The translations under genes and the position numbers were made by a program. DNA of 56,813 nucleotides, from assembly GCA_963575745.1 (NCBI GenBank), contig CAUYUJ010000064.1:62001-118813 (forward strand). The letters are read 5' to 3'. The notes under the pieces were generated by a model that was given only the letters and a program-made list of their open reading frames with translations, was not told the origin of the DNA and ran no database searches. This document shows, piece by piece, positions 35,641 through 48,900 of the stretch; the stretch's first letter is position 1; each line of letters begins with the position of its first letter. Source of the stretch: Prorocentrum cordatum. Lineage: Eukaryota.

Positions 35641-37934
35641 GCATCACCGCTACCACTACCACCACAAGCACCATTTCTACCACTGTCTCCACCACTGCCA
35701 CTACCACTGCTTACCATGACTAAGCAAGAGGCATACCATTAGACCAAGCAGTCAGCTAACCAGGCAGCCGTCCACTATCTACCACTACTCTCCACCCATG
35801 GCTACCAGCATGATTTCCACTGCCACGGTCACGACCACTGTCATGATCACTTTCTCTCCCTCTGCCAACACTACTTAAAACATGGGGTCCACGGGGAGTG
35901 CTCTACTAAAACGTTCCATTTCTATCCGCCATAAGTATCGGAAGATGGAGGGCGTGAAACTGACAAGACAAAAAGAAAAGGTGATTCGGGCTGTTCTGGA
36001 TCCTCTGGAAGTTCTGGTCGGCTCCCGCTGACTCTAGCCGTCGCTGGCACGTTTGACCAGCCCGAATACCAAAGAACGACGCTTCAAGGTGACATTTCCG
36101 CGCCCTCAATTCGAAAACGACAAAACTCATTGTGAAAACGACCAATTGCAATACCCCAAGCAGACCTCTAAACATCAAACAAAAACAACGCGGTTTTGAA
36201 AAGTGTGCGACTTCTAATCTCAATTCTACCGACTTCCACATACAACACTGGTGTCTCCGATTCCACATTGCGGGATTGCTGCGTCAGACCCGGGTTAGGC
36301 TTCGCACCCCTGGAGAAACACAAGAGGGGCACAACAGCCATTGTTCGGCAACGCATTCCAGATTTACAAACAGCTTCACATGCGCGAATACGAATCACAA
36401 AGCACCCAACTTTCCTCAAGCATTTCTTGCTGACCAACGGCCACGACAAGAACCTCGGCCTCAATTTGACCGTTCCTTCTGTTTGCATACTGCCAGCTTA
36501 ATTCTGCCACTACCATGATGCGCACGACTATACCGTATAGTAATCACAGCTTGAGACTGCCAGTACCATGATGCATACGACAACCAACAAAGGCGTTATA
36601 GCTACTCTCCTTACCATTGCTACATAATGCCCCTCCCATGGGCGGTAGAGTAGATGGGGGACGGAATGGGCGCAGCTTCCGGTTTGCGATGTGTGCCCAA
36701 CTGGCTCCGCAATACCTCTATATCTACACACACGTATCACCCTGCAGCTATCTCGGTACAGGACGAACAAGCACACAGATGATGGGCAACGCCAAGGCAC
36801 ACATACTTGTACACATGCATGAAGGCATGCATGAGATGATACGAGCAGCAGCGAATCGCAAACTCACTACAAGAAGAACACGTAAACATGAAAGACAAAT
36901 AATGATGTTCAATGTCTGCCACGAGAAAAGAACTGCACTGCAGCCGCAAAACCGAACCGCCAGTGCACGACTCATGACGCAGATCACAAAAAATATCCTG
37001 GCGAGGGACCCAACCACATGCAGTTGTGAGTACCGTCGTTGCGGGTATCGCCTTCGGGGGATCTCCTCATGGGACCATGAAGCATGCGTAGAGTGTGCCG
37101 ATGTGGGGCGGGGCCGCCGTGTGGGCGCCGCCAGTGGAGCTTTACGCGGAACCCACTAGGGGGCCGCGAAACGTGTGAAGGGTGCCGCGCAATGCGGTGG
37201 AGCCGCGACTGGGGCCGTCGGCGGAGCTCCCTACGGGACCACGAAACGCTGTACTGGGTGGGGCCACAGCATTCGGACACCGCCACTGGGGCCTTCAGTG
37301 GAGCTCCCTCTATGCGGCCACGAAGCGCTGTACTGGGCGGGGGAGCCGCGTGCGAGGGCGGCCACTAAGGCCTGCGGTGGAACTCCCCGTGGGGCCACGA
37401 AACGCTGTACTGGGTGGGAGAACCGCAGCCCCGTGCGGTCGTCTCTCGAAGCGTGCCGCCGAGAATTTGTCAGAAAAAAAACGGGGAAGCAGAGCAGAGG
37501 AGGGCGCGGACAAGGAAAAGATACCCCTGCAAACGCCGAAGTAGCCTCTCAAGGCGGGGGGGGGCCTGACGCTTGCTACTCCCAGGCCCCTGGACGCCCA
37601 TGGCTCCTATCTGCCTCATCCACAAGGCGGCGGACGGTGTCGCGCCAAAGGTCATCCCAAATCATAAATGGCATCGAACACACGGGCAAGTGAGCAAATC
37701 CACCGGCCCCCTTGTGTGGCCACCAGGCTGTAGGGCGAAGGTTCGCATTTTCCTGTACCACCTGCAGCTTCCAGTTTCCACTGTTACAGTTCTGCGTCTT
37801 GCTGCTTACTGTTCCTTGTTGACTTCTTGCTGCCTACTGTTCCTTGTTGATGGACCGCGCGAGGGGGGAGGCCCAAAACGGGCATTTTTACCACGCCCAA
37901 ATCGTATGCTCTGAATTGCTGGGGTGGGTAAAAA

Positions 37935-39035
37935 TTACCACCCCTCACGCAGATCGGCAGGGTCAGGGTCCAAAAACAAAAGGGATTTGCCAAATTTCGA
38001 AAAATTCGGTGGCACCCCTCACGCAGATCGGCGAAAAACACATGGGATGTGCCACATTTCTGAATTTCGGCGGCACCCCTCACGCAGATCGGCGGGGTCA
38101 GGGCTTAAAAACACAACGAAATTGCCACATGTCTATAATTTGCTAGCACCCCTGACACAGATCGGCGGGGTCAGGGTCCAAAAACAAAAGGGATTTGCCA
38201 AATTTCTGAAATCCGGTTGCACCCCTCACGCAGATCGGCGAAAAACACAAGGGATTTGCCACATTTCTGAATTTCGGCGGCACCCCTCACGCAGATCGGC
38301 GGGGTCAGGGCTTAAAAACACAACGAAATTGCCACATTTCTAGAATTTGCTAGCACCCCTCACACAGATCGGCGGGGTCAGGGCCCAAAAACATAAGGGA
38401 TTTGCCACATTTCTGATATTCGCTGGCACCCCTCACGCAGATCAGCGGGGTCAGGGTGCACAAACACAAGGAATGTGCCACATTCCTAAAATTCGCTGGC
38501 ACCCCTCAAACAGATCGGCGGGGTCAGGGTTTGAAAACATATGGGATTTGAAATTCGGTGGCACCCCTCACGCGGATCGGCAGGGTCAGGGTCCAAAAAT
38601 ACAGGGGATTTGCCACATCTCTGAAATTCGGCGGCACCCCTCACCAGATCGGCGGGGTCAGGGTGCAAAAACATAAAGGATTTGCAACGTTTCTGAAATT
38701 CGCTGGCACCCCTCATGCAGATCGGCGGGGTCAGGGTACAAAAACACGCAGGATGTGCCACATTTCTGAAACCCGGTGGCACCCCTCACGCAGATCGGCA
38801 GGGTCAGGGTCCAAAAACACAAGGGATTTGCCACATTTCTGGATTTCGGCGGCACCCCTCACGCAGATCGGCAGGGTCAGGGTCCAAAAACTCAGGGGAT
38901 TTGCAACATTTCTGAATTTCGGCGGCACCCCTCAAGCAGATCCGCAGGGTCAGGGTCCAAAAAACACAAGGGATTTGCCACATTTCTGATTCGGCGGCAC
39001 CCCTCACACAGATCCGTAGGGTCAGGGTCGAAAAA
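37935..39035. repeat. Tandem repeat, ~73-bp unit (~16 copies)
   Basis: Unit GGCACCCCTCACGCAGATCGGCRGGGTCAGGGTCCAAAAACACAAGGGATTTGCCACATTTCTGAATTTCGGC, with some ~61-bp deletion variants. Confidence 0.92.
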
Positions 39036-39099
39036 CAAACAGGTCCGGACACTGCTTCACGGCGGCGCCCAGACCTCATGATTTAGCTTTTGCATCTCC

Positions 39100-39545
39100 C
39101 ATTATCCGAGACAGGGGGCCTGGCGGCATGGGGCGAAGTCCTTACGGATCATCCGATCAACCATGCACGTGCCGCTGGCCGCTGGGGCACCGACGTGCCA
39201 CTTCCATTTGGGGTCCTTGTAGATCCTCGCGTCGGCAGTGGTGTGCTTGAGACGACCACGACACTGAAAATGACGAGACGTGCTGCTCACTCATCGCATC
39301 CACCAACCCGAATTGTTACGCGACCCTTCCTCCTGCTCGCCCACCCTATCATGAGCCACATCCTCCGTTCCTCCGGTGTCACCATGCGCTGACTCTATCA
39401 TTCTCTTCACCCTTTCGCTTGTGTCCCCGTTCCCCCTCCCATCGTCGTCGTCACTGGCATATTCGTGCTCTTCTTCGTCGTCGGCAGTATCGCTACCGTC
39501 GTCACAAATTTCACTGGTCGAGCCCAATGTGACTAAAGCCACGCG
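39100..39545 (-). pseudogene. Possible RTE-like LINE relic
   Basis: An acidic stretch followed by RLKHTTADA...KWKW...DR, loosely like the post-RT region of RTE elements. Frameshifted. Confidence 0.25.
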
Positions 39546-40724
39546 CTAGGTAGCTCACTGAGCGCATCCCCGGCACTCCCGACGGAAGACAGTACAACAA
39601 TCCCTACGGAGACAGAACAGCACTCTGTGCAGGAGAGCAGTGCAACTCCATACTGGAGGCCCTGCTATACTCTCTGCCGAAAGACGTGCGATACCCCTCT
39701 GCGGGAAGCCCAGCAATACTCCCTACAGGAGGCGATGCAAGACACCCTGCGGGAAACAAAACAATTCTCCTTACTGGAGGAAATGCAATACTCCGGAGGG
39801 AAGTAAAGAAGTACTCGCTGCGGTACACAATGCAATACTCCCTGCAGAACCACTGCACAACTCCCCGCTCGGTCAGGCAATGCACCATACATCTGGGGCC
39901 AGCGCCATGCCTAGCCCCAATACTGCCACTGGTCGTTACGTCACCCAGAACCGAGCGAAGAAGAACTCGGGCCGCCTATCCACGAATTTGGAAGGGGCGA
40001 GAAAGCATGCGCTGAGCAATGCGCCACCTCGAGCGGAGACACTGGACGCGGATGCCATGGTGGCCGCGTCGACGAAGCGCGAGTGTGTGCACCAGGCCAC
40101 GAGCGAGTCAGAGTGAGGGGTGCTGGCCCCGGGTCCCACCATCGTGGAAAACTTCTGGGAGCGGCCGCGCTGATTCAGCCAGAGCTGCGGAAGGGCAACG
40201 GCGACGACAGCTTCGACGGGAGCGCCCAGAGGCCCAGCGTGAAAGAGCCAGACGTCGCGGCGACGGGGCAGGCTGTGAAGACATCTGGCGACCCCCCGGC
40301 GGCGACGAGGTGACGCTGGGCATTGATGTAGCGCTGAGCGATGCAGCGCTGAGCGCGGCGAGGAGGAGCGAGCGTGGGGCGGTCGACCTCGCTGCGCCTG
40401 CCTGCGGTCCACCAGGGCTTCGAAGCTCTATAGGGAAGGCGTCGGCCGCCTGCCGCCACAGCGGAGACCACCGGCGTGAAGTGCCAGCCCTTCGGGCAGA
40501 ACCCGCTGGAGCAAAGAGGAGAAGGAGCCGCAGCAGCAGCAAGCAGGAGGCTCCGGAGAAGGGGCACGAGGAGGAGCAGGTGAGGCCGAGGAGGAGCAGG
40601 AGCAGGAGCCGCAGAGGAGGAGCAAGCAGGAGCAAGCAGGAGGTGGAGCAGCAGAGGATGTTCAAGACGACGAGCACCAGTTGCTGCACGCAAACATCGG
40701 GTACATGTATGCACATATGTGTGG

Positions 40725-40862
40725 AAAGAGAGAGAGAGAGAGAGAGGGATAAGGAACAAACAAAAAAACAAACCCAAAAAATGAGAGAGAGAGAGAGAGA
40801 CCGACCGACCGACCGACCGACCGACCGACCGACCGACCGACCGACCGACCGACCGACCGACC

Positions 40863-40942
<80 letters not shown>

Positions 40943-41170
40943 GGCAGGCAGACGGACAGACAGACAGACAGAGTGATTGACAGACAAACAGAACGACAGA
41001 CAGACAGACTGACTGACAGACAAACAGACAGACAGACCGACAGACAGACAGACAGACAGCCAGACTGACTGACTGACTGACTGACTGACTGACACACACA
41101 CAGGCAGGCAGACTGACAGGCACACAGACAGACTGGCAGACAGGCAAACAAGCAGACAGACAGACAGACT
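40725..41170. repeat. (GA)n, (GACC)n, (GACA)n and (GACT)n microsatellites
   Basis: Direct reading. Confidence 0.95.
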
Positions 41171-41949
41171 GATATATGTGCGCGCAGCAGTCGGGACCTC
41201 CTCGGGTTCCCTGACCTGGGCCAGAGTACAAGTGAGCACAAACTGTGTGGCATTGCCGCTGTTGGCCAGTTCCGCAGACCCATGGGCGGCGGAAGCACGA
41301 CTAATCAGGACGCCCTGTTACGAGGGGGGGCGGGGAGGAGAAGGAGGAAAAGGAGGAGGAGAAGGAGGGAAAACTAGGCAGTTGTGAAACGAAGACTGCT
41401 CCGACGGTGGGCGGAGAATCCCTGGGCAACGCGGCGCGATCACAGCGCCATGCGCGCGAGCGCATAAATTCCGGCACTCGCAGGAGGGGTAGGAGGAGAG
41501 GAAGGAAAAGGAGGAGGAGGAGGAGGAGGCGGCCCACGACGAGAAGAGGAAGAGGAGGAGGGGGAAAACAGAGCAACTGTTAAAAGAAGATTGCCCCGAG
41601 AATGGGTTGGGATCCCCTGGGCACCACGAACATAGCGCCAAGCGCGCGAACGCGTGAACCCCAGCACTCGCAGGAGGAGGGGGGGACTCGAAGGGATGCA
41701 TCTGACGGCAGCACCAGTTCCGGGTGCTCAGAACACCTGCACGCGGCCCGTGGGCCCAGGAGAAAGAAGGGAGGGCGGCAAGCAGGCAGGCAAGCAAGAA
41801 ACCAAGCAGGAGGCGGGGCGGAACAAGGGGGCACGGCCGCGGGGCGTGAGCCACCTGACTCCGCAGCTAAGCGCGCGCGCGAGGCGGACGGGGGGGGAAG
41901 CGCTAATGCAGGTGGCGGGGGGTGGCGCGGCCAGGGCCCGGGAGCAGGC

Positions 41950-42810
41950 GGGACCGCCCTAACTCGTCTGCGCCCGGATCCGGCCAGCGAGCCCCGTCGT
42001 GGGCAGCCGCCCGCCGCCACAGTGCTACGCCGGCCGCGCCAGCCAGGCGGCGGCACCGCCACGCCAGGTCCGAGCATCCCTTCCGCCAGGGAAGGCGGGT
42101 CGCGAGCGTGCGGAGGATGGCTGTCGCCCAGGGGTGGGGTCGGCCGCTTGCTGACCAGGCCAGGGGCTGGTACATAATATTCTGACGGTCCAAAACATGG
42201 CCGCGTGTGGCGTAGTAGACAAGTTTGCGCTCGTACATGCTGGCCACGCAGTCTGGGCCAGGAGAGGTAATCCCGATGTCGAGTGCCGCAAGCCCGTGCC
42301 CCGGCGCCCCCGTCAGCCCGTCCGCAAGCCTCAGTCGGATGCCCAGGATGAGATTCTGCGCCTCGAGCTCGGTGGCGGGGCCGCAGCTCTTGACAGCCTC
42401 GTACACCTGCCGTGCAAGCGCGTGGTGGCCCTTCATAGCCTCGGCCCTGCTGCAACAGAGGGCGCGCGAGCCAGCGAAGTCGAGCAGCGCGGTGCCGCAG
42501 AGGTTGCAGGGGGCGGGGCTCGCTGGGGCCAGCGCGGCCGAGGAGTAGTCGGGGCGTTTCGACGAAGTCCTGGTGGTCGAGGAGAGGCCACTTGCGCCGG
42601 CTCAGAGGTCAGAGCCACTCGTGGTTGGTGTTGGTGTGGCTGAAGTCCTCCAAGCGGCGCAGCGCTGGGTCGTTGCTGGCTTGCGCGTGGCGCTCGCGCG
42701 GCTCCAGGCGCGCCCGTGTATCGAAACGGACCAGGATGGCCCTCTGGAGGTCGGCGCGGCCGCGGGGCGCAGCAGCAGGGTGTTCGTCGTCCTCGTCCTC
42801 GCCGGTGAGC
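41950..42810 (-). mobile_element. 3' fragment of a non-LTR retrotransposon with restriction-like endonuclease (CRE/R2-type), pseudogenised
   Basis: EDDEHP...LQ...RRLEDFS...HEWL*...DFVETPRLLLG, then a frameshift in a C-run, a zinc knuckle CNLCG-x-ALCC...GHH and an RLE-like RLADGLT...ALDIGITSP...RKLVYY...YQPLAWSASGRPHP. In-frame stop at 42609-42611; 5' end lost at a tandem repeat. Confidence 0.8.
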
Positions 42811-43390
42811 GAAAAGGCGCCGAAAACGACAGAGGCGCCGAAAACAAAAGAAACTCCAAAGACGGACAGGGCGCCGAAAACAAAAAGGGCGCCGAGAACA
42901 AAAGAGGCGCTAGAACCGCAGGAACGCCTCAAACCAAAGGGGCGCCGAAAAACCCAAGACGCGCCGATAACCAAAAGGGCGTCGAAAACCAAAGAGCGCA
43001 AAAAACGAAAGACGCGCAGATAGCCGAAGGGCGCCCAAAACCACAAGGCGCCGAAAACCAAAGAGCGCCGAAAACCAAAACGGGGCCGAAAACTGAAGAG
43101 GCGCCGAAAAACCAAAAGGGCGCCAAAAATCGAGAGGGCGTCGAAAACGAAAGGGGTGCCGGAAACCAAAAGGGAGCCGAAAACCAACGATGCGCCGAAA
43201 ACCAACATGGGCGCGCAGAAAAGCGAAAAAGGACCACGTCGAAAGCCAAAGGAGCGCCGAAAACCACAGGAGCCCCGAAATCCAAGGAAGCGCCAAAGGC
43301 CCACAGAGCGCCGAAACCAAAATGGCGCCGAAAACCAAAGAGACTTCGAAAACCACAAGTACGTCGCAAACCAACCCAAAGAAGAAAATT
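42810..43390. repeat. Minisatellite, ~18-19-bp unit GGCGCCGAAAACCAAA
   Basis: About 30 degenerate copies. Confidence 0.88.
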
Positions 43391-45999
43391 AACTTCGAAC
43401 CCCCCCTTCAGCCAGGGCCCTCCAGCTGGAAAAACCCACAGCAGGAGGGGAGGGGGGGCATCTTCGGAGCCCCCTTCTTTGGAAAGGGGAGCCCGGGCTC
43501 ATCCCGAGGCCCGAAAGGGAGGGAGGCGGGGTAGCTTCCAAGCTCTTCCCTCCTTTAGCCAGGGACCCCCCAGCTACAAAGTCCAAACAAAACGAAGGGG
43601 GGGGGAGCTTCGGAAGCCCCCCCTCCTTTGAAAGGGGAGCCCGGGCTGTCCATGGGCCCCAGAAAAGGGGGAAAGGGGGGGGGCAGCTTTCAAGCCCCTC
43701 CCCCCTTTAGCTAGGGGTTCCCCCAGGGGGCAGCTTCGGAAGCCACCCCCCTCCTTTTCCAAGGGAGGGGGGGGGGGGGCAGCTTGAGGCTGGGGCCCCC
43801 TTTTAGTAAGAAGTGCGCCACAAACGCACTCTTTCGCACATCATCTAACAAGAGAGGGGGGGGATAATGAGAGAGAGGGAGAGAGAGAGAGAGAGAGAGA
43901 AAAAAAGATAGAGAGAGAGAGAGACAGAGAGAGAGAGAGCCGTTTATGGGTCCTGTGCTTGGATGCAGGGTCGATGTGAGAGTCTAGTGTTTGGACCCCA
44001 TGTGTGTAGGTCCCTTGTGTGGTTCCTGTGTGGGTTCAATGCGTGGGCCCTGTACTAGTCCTGTGTATTGGTCCCAGGAGGCCGCTGGAATAGCGGGCCT
44101 ACGAACGCGCAGGAATGCTGCAACACCGTCCCTTGCCCTGGTGCGTATACAGACTGAAGCATCAGCATCAGCGTAAGGGCACACGCAACAACACCAGCAT
44201 TAGCACAAGGGCTGGCATGAGCATGATCACAAGCGTGAGAGCGAGCATTAACATGAGCATGACTTGGTAATCGATATGAGCATAAGTACGAGCAGAAGCA
44301 TGAGCAGGAAAACCTGGAAATCTGTGCGATTGAGCGAATTTCCGACCCTATGCGGGGATAAGGTAAGCACCGTAATGCGAGGCTCGCCATCCCCCTCCTC
44401 TTCCACCTTTTTCCATCCTCCTCATCCTCTCCTCTCTCCTCGCCCTCCTTCTTCCCCTCTCTCTTTCTCTCTGTCTCTGCGCCCCTTCCCCGTCCTCATG
44501 CTGCTCCTCCTTCTCCTCATGCTGGCTGCAAGTACCCTTGCCATCATCATCAACAACATCGTCAGTGCGTTCAGCCTCGTCACCATGGTGGTCTGCATCC
44601 CTGTCTCATGGGATTGAGAAGGGGCCGGGCTCCCGTGAAGAATCTGCTTCAGCCGCCACGGAGGCTCGCCCCTCGAGCTCAGGAACTGCGACAGCGCCTG
44701 GCAGCGAGGACTCACTGAGACCTTGGACTGCCCACCGATCCAGACGTCCAAGACCTGACCCTGATCCTGATCCTGATCCTGACGCTGCCAGCCCTGCCCA
44801 GCGCGCCGATCGAGAACCCGACGGGCTGCCACGCCTCCCCCCTCCATCCTCCATCCTCCATGCGCCCAACCTGCCCCTCCTTCTCCGCCTCCCCCTCCCG
44901 GCCTACCCATACATCAGCCTCCCGCTCCCACTCCCCCTTCGCCTTCCCCCCTGCCCCTCCCCCTCCTTGTCCCCCTCCTCCCCATGGATCACAAGTCGTT
45001 TTCGACAGTGGGCCCTTCGTCTTACAAGTCTGCAGCATCAGCAGAATTCTTAAAAGTTTCGTTTTCAAAGTGTGCAGCCGAGATATGATGAAGCATCAGT
45101 CGTTTCTTACCTGGGGCCCTCGCCTCAGCACCGCGCACATTCGTCTTAAAAACTTACAACCAAGAACAGGGGAAGGACATCTCCTTTTTAATATGAGACT
45201 CTCTCTTAAGACTTCCTTGGACGGGAAAACCTGATACTTGAGCAGATGAAACAGATGCAAAGATGGGTGAAGGTTTTTTTCATGATGGGGCATTCGCTTG
45301 AGACTTCCTAGACATGCATGACAGGAACTGTAGGCCCGTGCAGCAACTACATGGATTGGGCCGGTCATGTTTCAGAAGGGAGACCTCGCTGGACACATCG
45401 ATGAGCTGTATGATCATACATGCTCGCATTCCTTTCGCTAAAAGAACGCAAGGCAGCCCATGCTCGAAACCGGGCCTGCCATAGGGTACGAGTCTTTCAA
45501 GGAGCGCATCCTGTAGTGAAAAGCACTGCATGTGCGGACTTATGAGGAGGAGACTTGGGACGGGAGGGTGCATTGCAGCATGGTTTGTCGTCTTGGGCTT
45601 GCTCTAATCCTCCCTCCTCTCCTCATCCTCCTCATCCTCCTCCTCCTCATCATCACCATCACCTTCACCATCAATATCACCATCACCATCACCATCGTCG
45701 TCGTCATCAGCATCATCATCAGCATCATCAGTATCACCATCACCATCATCATCAGCAGCAACATCATCGTCATCACCGCCAGAGGCAACATCAGTATCAT
45801 CCTCATTCGCATCATCGTCCTCTTCATCATCTTCCTCATCATCATCGTCATGAACAACATCAACAACAGCATCAACCTCAACATCAACAACACCATCATC
45901 ATCCTTCCTCACTCCTCTGTCCTTCTTACGCTTCCCCCTCCGCCAATCCCCCTCCCCCCTTGCCGATACCAGCTCGTCCATTTCCCCTTCCCCTCCCAT

Positions 46000-48900
46000 G
46001 TTGTTCTGCGTCGAGCCCTCGGCATCAGTTCATCTGCTTCAAGCACGGCGCAGCTAGATTGTGCGCGCCGCGTCTCTTTCCAAGACTTCGCCCGACCTCG
46101 CTCTGCATTTCGTCATCACGTCTGCCCCTTCGCCCTTCGTATTGTAAACGACGAGTGCAGCACCGCACATGCCACTTGAGTCCAGGTCCGATTCGAAACC
46201 CGACTCTGCACCAGAAAATGGTTCAGCTGTGGCGCGAGCGCGCATAGTCTGCTCTCTCCCTCCTCCTCGTCCGACTGCCTCCAACTCCTCCTTATCCCCC
46301 TCATCCTCCCCCTCATGCTCATCCTCATCATCGTGCCCAGGGTGTTGTGCCACGCTCTCGCAACTTGCCGAGAACAGGAGAGGGCAGACTGCTTACTTGT
46401 TCGACCGACTCGATAACGAAAGCTGCGTTGTGGCTTACTTGCTACGCGGTGCGTGCAATGAACTATTCGCCAGGGCATTCAAAGCACAGACTGACTGCCC
46501 TGGTCACCTTCACCGCAACAACAAGATAGCAGCCCTAAGCTGCTTCAAGACATGCCGCAGCCCCAAGCATGAGATCCGCAGCAAGCCCTTGTTTGATCAA
46601 CCCCATCCCAATGGATACGTTAACAAGAGGAGCGCCAAATGCATCGAGGGTGCCCAGCTCAGCTCAAGGCAAACAGACAGAGACATGAGTTTGTCAAATG
46701 CGCTGGTCATCCTCCTTCTCTTGTCTTGGAAACGCCATGGGGTCGCTCCGCCCGCGGCGTCAACTCCTTTTACGGCAGGCGGGCAAGAGCAACTAGGCTC
46801 TAGCGCCCTTTCGCGCCAGCTCCTCCTCCTCCTCCTCTTCTTCCTCCTCGTCCTCCTCCTCATCCTCCTCCTCCTAAGCCCCTTTCTGCTCAGACCTTGG
46901 GACCTTGTGGGGCTCCCTAAAAGCAGACCTCACAGGCTAGACCCTTTCGCCCGCTGCCCCCAGCTCCCGCCCACCATGTTGGCATCCCTTCTCCAAGCGA
47001 TACTGTACAATCCAGTCTCGATTTCGGATGCATGGAGAATACATGAGATGTCCTCTCGCTTGCGCTTCGCTGATGTGGTTCTCTTGCCTGGCACCCAGCA
47101 GCGCCGCCGCGCAGGCGACACCCCGACCTTTCAGAAGTTAGAGAAGCACATGATGGTGAACTTCTGGTGGCAGAAGGGCAAGTACACGAACAGTAGTGCG
47201 GGCTGTTCGATAATGTTGAGGAATCGCGCCTTCCGCAGGAACCACATTCAACAGGTTATCCAGCCCCCCAAGGAGTTAGCAGGACGAGGAGGCGCGATCA
47301 GGCTGAAGGGTCCGACGTTCGACATATTAGTGATTGTGGCCTAGTATCCAGCTGCCTAGAAGGACCAAGTGGATCACTGGACGACTACGTGCGCTAAGCT
47401 TTCGGCATGGCTCCATAGAACGATTCAGAGGGCCAAGGCGAGAAGCATGGTGATAGTGGGAGCGGACACCAACTCGGAGTTCGGCAAGGGGAACTGGTGC
47501 CAGCGGTACACCGACGACGACGAGGGATGACGTGCATGTGGGACCGCATGCGGCCAGCTATGAGAATGGAGTGAGCGCCGTCTTTGGCGCAGGGTGAGCA
47601 TGGAGGGGATGGCGGCTACCGACACGTTCTTCGAGGCGGGCCCGACGCATTTTGGTGCTCAGCCGCACATAACCTCGCACCCAGACCACCTGCGGGGGTC
47701 TTGCGAGGCAGTGCAGGCCACGCAGGCCTGTGTGTGCTTGCGTCGGGCGATGCGAGACCTTCAAAGAATATCATCGCCTCATCCTCGTGATCATTGTCCG
47801 ATGTTGTGGAAACTGCGATACAGATTGCAAACGGCGACGCAACCCGAGCCCAACGAAGTTCGATGGGATCGAGACCTCCTCGGAAAAGCGCTGAAGATTC
47901 GGTGTGCCCCTGACTTTGTCGCCGAGCTCGAAAGGAGATGCGACACCAGCGCGCCGGTCTGGCGCCATGCTACCCAGACGGACGACCCCTTCCATGGCCT
48001 GGGCTCACCTAGTCGACGACATCCGAGAGGCTGCCAAGACCGAGTTTGTGGATGCCGCAGGCTGGGGCCATCCGACGAATATCGAGCTGAGCGAGATCGA
48101 CTGTTGGAAAAGCGGCGCCTGCCGAGCGTCAACTTCGCTGAGGAAGATAGGCTGAGGCTACGTGCACGCGACCGAGATCAAGAGGGCCAGGCTGAGACTC
48201 GACAGCGAAAGAGTTGAGGAGCTTCTTGGCGAGGCCCAGCGAGCGTCAGACCTTGAACAAACTAGCAAAGTTTGGAAGATCGCTTGTCAGATTGGAGCTC
48301 GCTACCATGGGGCACGGCGACGCAGATTCAATTTGATCCCGACCTACGCCCCTACCTTGGACGAGCGGCAAGAGACCATGGAATCGAGCGCAGCGGAGGG
48401 CGGCTTCTCCGCGACTCGAGCGCCGGGCCCCGGCGTTCCCAGCCGCGAGGCACTTGAGCGCCGCGAGCTAGATGATCCAGACGGCGACTGGAAGCATATG
48501 AGAGGACGGCCTGGTTCTGCAGCATATGACGACTAGACCAATACCCTCGAGTGCTTACACAAGGCCGCGGGACGACGATACGCTCCACCGCACTCTGCCC
48601 CAGGCGAGGTTTGGCTGATGGCACTACGCGCGGCTACGCGAGAAGCTCGAGGTGGCCCCCCAGAGGATGAGGGCGACGCTAGACGCCGAGTTCGAGTACC
48701 ATGTCCACGTCTGGCAGAGAGGCTCTTCGGGATTCTGCGGCAGATCCGACATTCCTGCCGCGCCCCTTTTTCAGCGGCATTGGTCGTGCACGTTCCAGCT
48801 GAGCAAGGGCAGCGATAAGAGGGGCCCTCATGCCATGAGGTTGACACATTGCCATTGCCCCTTTGGCAAGGCCTGATACCGAAGGGTTTTTGTGAGACAC

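Noticed and set aside
36500..37050. Possible RTE RT fragment
   Set aside because: Only a vague resemblance; no diagnostic motif could be read.
37935..39035. CRISPR-like array
   Set aside because: The whole unit is conserved, so there are no unique spacers; there are no cas genes and the context is eukaryotic.
39900..40520. Possible Helitron/PIF1 helicase fragment
   Set aside because: One loose motif (YVTQN..K..G) and no other helicase motifs.
42573..43631. 352-aa GAENQK-repeat protein
   Set aside because: It is a read-through of an 18-19-bp minisatellite plus the antisense strand of the RLE element.
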